Shown piece by piece: positions 60,188-64,000 of a DNA stretch of 64,000 bases. The position numbers and the translations under genes were made by a program. The stretch is from Planctomycetota bacterium (lineage in GTDB: Bacteria; Planctomycetota; UBA1135; UBA2386): assembly GCA_965223545.1 (NCBI GenBank), contig OZ245006.1, positions 7,104,001-7,168,000 on the forward strand, written 5' to 3'. The notes beneath the pieces are model-generated. The model ran no database searches. It was not told the DNA's origin and worked only from the letters and a program-made list of their open reading frames with translations. Every line of letters starts with the position of its first letter. The first letter of the stretch is position 1.

Positions 60188-62221
60188 TCAGGGCTCCGCG
60201 CGGCGCTCGTAGACGAAGTGCTCGCCGCGCTGCGAGATGTCCTCGCACACCGTCATGATCTCGGCGAGCGCGTCGCGGTGCGGAGCGAGGTCGGGGTCCG
60301 CGGCGGCGAGCTCTTCCACCGTCAGCGGCCGCGCCGCTTGCCGCAGTGCCGCCAGCAGGCGCGCCGCGAGCGCTTGACTGCTGTCGGCCGCGTCCGCGGA
60401 GTAGCGGACGTGGGTCTCGTCGTGGTCGTAGGGTCCGTAACGCCGCAGGACGTCGCAGAGCATCGCGCCGGTGACGAACGCGCTGGCCAGGCTCGAGGCG
60501 TGCACGGCGGCCAGTACGTCTTCGATGCGCGCGCTGCCGCCGCCGCCCTGCAGCTCGGCGTTGACCACCCGCCGCAGCTCGTTGAGTCGCCGGCGGCTGA
60601 ACGGATAGTTGCTGCAGAGGTCGACGCGGTCCTCGCCGGGATACAGGAACAGGCGGTTCTGGCCGAGCAGGCGCAACACGCGCGGCCGTCGCGCCTCCGG
60701 GTAGTTCTCGACGAACCGGCTGAGCGGGATCTCGCCCATCGCCTGGCGCAGCGAGCGCTCGACCGAGGCGACGAACGGCGGCAGCTCCTGGTCACGCGGG
60801 CAGAACTCGCCGCGGCCCAGATCGCGCAGCCGCGGATCGCGGCGCAGCAACGCCGCCACCAGGAAGAGATCGCGCCCCTTGGTGGTGCGCTGCGGCACGA
60901 CTTCGCGGACGTGGCAACGGCCCGTGGCGCGCAGCGTCGAGCTGGCGTCGTCGGCGCGTGGCGCCAGGCGCAACAGGTCCTCGGAGCAGCGCTCGTAGAG
61001 GTCCCACTGATCGTCGCCGACCTCGGCGAACCGGCTGTCGGCGCGGAGCCGGGCCAGCACCCGCGACCGCCGGACCCCGCCGTGCGCATCCCGGTGCAGA
61101 GCGCAGAGCTGGCGCGCGCTCTGTGGCATCGACTGGCTCCCCAGCAGGGCGAAGAGCCGGTCGGCCAACGCGTCGGGCGGCAGCGCGACCACCTCCCCGC
61201 GGTCGGGCTCCTGCACGACGCGGAGCCGACGGCGGCGCGCCAGCAGGTGCAGCAAGAAGCCCCGGTCGATGCGCACACCGGCGTCGGCGAGCAGGTGCTC
61301 CAGGTCGCCGATCGCCATCGGCAGCAGCACCGGCCGCGTCAGTGCGCGCAGCAGCCGGCGGGCGCGGCGCACGTCGGCCAGCGGAGTGCGGACCAGGGCG
61401 TGGCCGCAGAGATGGAACTCCGTCGGGTAGCAGAAGCACAGCACCCGGAACGGCAACAGCGGGTCGTGCCCATCGCGCGCGCAGGTGTCGAGCAGCGTGC
61501 CCTGTGTCAACCGCTCGCGGGTGACGAACCCACTCCAGGCCGCCATCTCGTCGAGGGCCTGCACGCGCAGCAGATGGGTGATGCGCGCGGCGCGGCCGAC
61601 GACGCGTAAGCGCAGCGCCTCGAGCTGGTGCTCCATGTGCCGCGCCGAGATCTGGCGGGCGTGGGCGAGCGCGTGCACGCCGATCGGCGGGCCGGCGAGG
61701 CCGAGGCGCTCGCGCAGCAGCGTGCGCTCGTCCGGCTCGAGGTCGGCGCACAGCTGCGCCTCGATCTCGGCCAGGGTGCGCACGCCGCTCAGGCCGTGCG
61801 CCCAGTCGGTGCCGTGCTGGAGGACGGTGTCGAGCGCGTCGTGCAGGCGCGCGTGCGCGCGTTCGCCGAGCAGGCCCACCAGCTCGTCGGAGCGCAGCAG
61901 GTCACCGACGGTGATCAGGCCGCGCTCGTTGAGCTGGCGGCGCAGCTCCTCGTCGACCGGCAGGCGGTCGGTCGGACAGTCGGTCAGGCGTGCCGGCAGG
62001 AGGCTGGGGTCTTGCAGCGGCTGCACGCCGCGCTGCGCCGCTTTGACCAAAGCCCGGTAGTGTTTGGACTCGACCCCGGGCACGCTCAACACGCGTTGGC
62101 GCGGCGCGCGCAGGAAGTCCTGGACCGTCTCGATGCCGAGCAGCTCGAGCGCCTTCGTCGCGCGCGGACTGCCGAGCAGCTCGATCAGCGGAACCGATGG
62201 TCGCTTCGCCTTGGCTTCCAT
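60188..62221 (-). CDS. Multidomain protein: two RNAP alphaCTD-like domains, sigma4-like HTH and winged-helix repeats
   Basis: SPRATKALELLGIETVQDFL...PGV; LNERGLITVGDLL; LEPDERTLLRERLGLAGPP; RFAEVGDDQWDL; ATG overlaps the upstream TGA. Confidence 0.7.
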   Translation of the reverse strand: MEAKAKRPSVPLIELLGSPRATKALELLGIETVQDFLRAPRQRVLSVPGVESKHYRALVKAAQRGVQPLQDPSLLPARLTDCPTDRLPVDEELRRQLNERGLITVGDLLRSDELVGLLGERAHARLHDALDTVLQHGTDWAHGLSGVRTLAEIEAQLCADLEPDERTLLRERLGLAGPPIGVHALAHARQISARHMEHQLEALRLRVVGRAARITHLLRVQALDEMAAWSGFVTRERLTQGTLLDTCARDGHDPLLPFRVLCFCYPTEFHLCGHALVRTPLADVRRARRLLRALTRPVLLPMAIGDLEHLLADAGVRIDRGFLLHLLARRRRLRVVQEPDRGEVVALPPDALADRLFALLGSQSMPQSARQLCALHRDAHGGVRRSRVLARLRADSRFAEVGDDQWDLYERCSEDLLRLAPRADDASSTLRATGRCHVREVVPQRTTKGRDLFLVAALLRRDPRLRDLGRGEFCPRDQELPPFVASVERSLRQAMGEIPLSRFVENYPEARRPRVLRLLGQNRLFLYPGEDRVDLCSNYPFSRRRLNELRRVVNAELQGGGGSARIEDVLAAVHASSLASAFVTGAMLCDVLRRYGPYDHDETHVRYSADAADSSQALAARLLAALRQAARPLTVEELAAADPDLAPHRDALAEIMTVCEDISQRGEHFVYERRAEP

Positions 62222-63279
62222 CACTGCATCCCCGTGGTGTGTGGTGGTCGAACCACGCGCCATTTGGGCAACACCGGCCCCTGCGCGGCGCGCTCGGCGT
62301 CTGCCAATCGGTCTGCCGGCAGGAAGCCCCGCAGTCGCGCGGCGTCGGCGCCGTGGTGGCGGAGCAACGCGACGGCCGCGGCGAACACCACGTCCGGCTG
62401 CCCGGTCCGCAGCAGGTGGCGCAGCGGGGCCTCGGCAGTCGGCGCGCGCACCCGGCCGAGCAGCTCCACCGCGTGCGCGGTGCCGCGGGAGTCGCGCGCC
62501 AGGTGCCGGCCGACCGCGGCGGCGGCGGCGGCGGCATCGATCTCCAGCACCGCTGCGCGCAGCAGGGGCCGCAGGGCGTCGGCGCGGCCGTGCAGGTAAG
62601 CCCGCACCACGTCGCCGACGCACTCGGTCAGCTGCAGGCGCGCGGCGGCGCGCAGCAGTGGCGGGGTCGTGTGGGCCGCCGGCTGGTCGAGCGACGCGCG
62701 CAGCGCCGCGGCGATCTCCCGGCGGGCGAGCGGACCGGCCAGCTGCGGCCTGGCCAGCCGCGGTAGCTCCATCGCCGCATCGCGCCGGACGCGCGCGTGC
62801 TGCGACCCGACGGCGTCCAGCAGAAGGTCGAGGCGACCGGCGTCGTCGGTGGCCGCCCGCCAGGCGCGCGCGAAGGTGAGCACGGCGGGGTCGGCCGCGA
62901 CCAGCGCGCGGGCGCCGCTGGCGGCGAGCTGCCAGCCCGAGCCGGCGCGGCGCAGGAACACCAGGTACTCTCCGGCCGGCAGGGCGTGCAGGGCGCGGCC
63001 GCAGCAACGCCCGGCGGGTTCGCTCAGTCGGAGCGCGCTGCCGAGCGCTCCGCGCCAGCTTTGCACCACCCGCAGCTGGATCGAGTGGGTGGCGCCGTCG
63101 GCCGAGGTCTGCGGACCGGAGTTCGCGTGTACTTGCGCGATGCCGTCGGCGTTGTCGATCAGTCCGGACAGGGTCGTCGCCGCGTCTTGCCCGCGGACGT
63201 GGGACAGCAGACCCAAGAGCATCGCGCCGCAGGAGGCGAGCTGGCGCAGGTGTGGCATCGACGGGTTCATCTGGCTCAC
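62221..63279 (-). CDS. Secreted hypothetical protein with HEAT-like repeats
   Basis: Signal peptide ...HVRG|QD; GEYLVFL; VRRDAAMEL HEAT-like helices; start uncertain. Confidence 0.65.
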   Translation of the reverse strand: MSQMNPSMPHLRQLASCGAMLLGLLSHVRGQDAATTLSGLIDNADGIAQVHANSGPQTSADGATHSIQLRVVQSWRGALGSALRLSEPAGRCCGRALHALPAGEYLVFLRRAGSGWQLAASGARALVAADPAVLTFARAWRAATDDAGRLDLLLDAVGSQHARVRRDAAMELPRLARPQLAGPLARREIAAALRASLDQPAAHTTPPLLRAAARLQLTECVGDVVRAYLHGRADALRPLLRAAVLEIDAAAAAAAVGRHLARDSRGTAHAVELLGRVRAPTAEAPLRHLLRTGQPDVVFAAAVALLRHHGADAARLRGFLPADRLADAERAAQGPVLPKWRVVRPPHTTGMQ

Positions 63280-64000
63280 CTCACCATCAGCCGTTGTCTC
63301 AGGTAAGCGGTGGTGACGTCGCGGAAGGCGAACTTCAGCGCCACCAGGGACTCGTAGCCGACGCTCGCCGACATCACGTCGGCGGGGCCGGGATTGGCGT
63401 TGTGCAGCGAGGCATCGCCGTGCAGGCCGCGCGGGTTCTCACCCTCGGCGGTGAGGCCGACCGCGTGGCCGATCTCGTGCGCCAGGATGGTGCCGATGGC
63501 CACCGCCCAGTCGTCGATCGCCTGCATCACCGTCACGTAGCGCGCCAGCTCGGCGGGCGAGGCCGTCGCCGGGTCGAACCGGGTGGCCAGCACGATGGGG
63601 TCGAGCGGATGGCTTCCCGCCGGCACGCCACCCATCGCCGGTGCCAAGCCGATGAAACGGCGGCCGAACGTGGTCAAGTAGCTGGGCCACGACTGTTGGT
63701 GGATCCGGGCCTCGAACAGCGCCAGCTCGGCGGGGAACACGCCGAGTCCCGGCTTGGAGCCGATGTTGCGGTCGGTGCGGTTGCTGTTGCGGTGGTCGTA
63801 GTAGGCGCGGCCGAGCGTGCCCGAGCTCGGGTCGCCGAAGCCCCTGCCGACCACTCCCTCGGGGTCGAACCCGCCGCAGGCGATCTGTGCGAAAGGCACG
63901 CCGCGCGGCGGAGTCGACACCAGCCGCATGGGGATGGCGTCGGGGCCGATCGGATCGCCGTTCGCGGTCCTGCCGAGCAGCGCATGGACCTGAGCGATGA
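63276..64000 (-). CDS. Zinc metallopeptidase (metzincin-like), 5' truncated by window edge
   Basis: AHEIGHAVGL...DVMS (Met-turn); frame open to the window end. Confidence 0.75.
   Translation of the reverse strand, partial: IAQVHALLGRTANGDPIGPDAIPMRLVSTPPRGVPFAQIACGGFDPEGVVGRGFGDPSSGTLGRAYYDHRNSNRTDRNIGSKPGLGVFPAELALFEARIHQQSWPSYLTTFGRRFIGLAPAMGGVPAGSHPLDPIVLATRFDPATASPAELARYVTVMQAIDDWAVAIGTILAHEIGHAVGLTAEGENPRGLHGDASLHNANPGPADVMSASVGYESLVALKFAFRDVTTAYLRQRLMVR

Overview
High-GC bacterial chromosome window. The ECF sigma/Ser-Thr kinase pair, DUF1570-type zincin and TM-anchored ECF suggest Planctomycetota, but this is inferred. Housekeeping genes are atpD(3')-atpC, glgC, pgi, guaB-guaA, gatC-gatA-gatB and a prkA(yeaG)-yeaH-spoVR operon. 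Between them lie many envelope, secreted and peptidase genes. Main observations: (1) An intact IS110-family recombinase has a structured left end resembling a bridge RNA, including an 8/8 match to its own right end, and sits in a REP-like palindrome cluster. A related perfect 40-bp REPIN-like hairpin lies at 21.5 kb. (2) Two tandem animal-type glutaminyl-cyclase-like M28 lipoproteins occur alongside a strong bias for Gln right after predicted signal peptides (a 'Q-rule'). (3) An S9 + M49 double dipeptidyl-peptidase fusion. (4) Two adjacent convergent probable pseudoenzymes. (5) An alphaCTD-alphaCTD-sigma4-wHTH multidomain protein. (6) A frameshifted secreted metalloprotease upstream of a membrane-anchored ECF sigma factor. 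No rRNA, tRNA or CRISPR array was seen. All family calls come from recognising motifs by eye, not from database searches.
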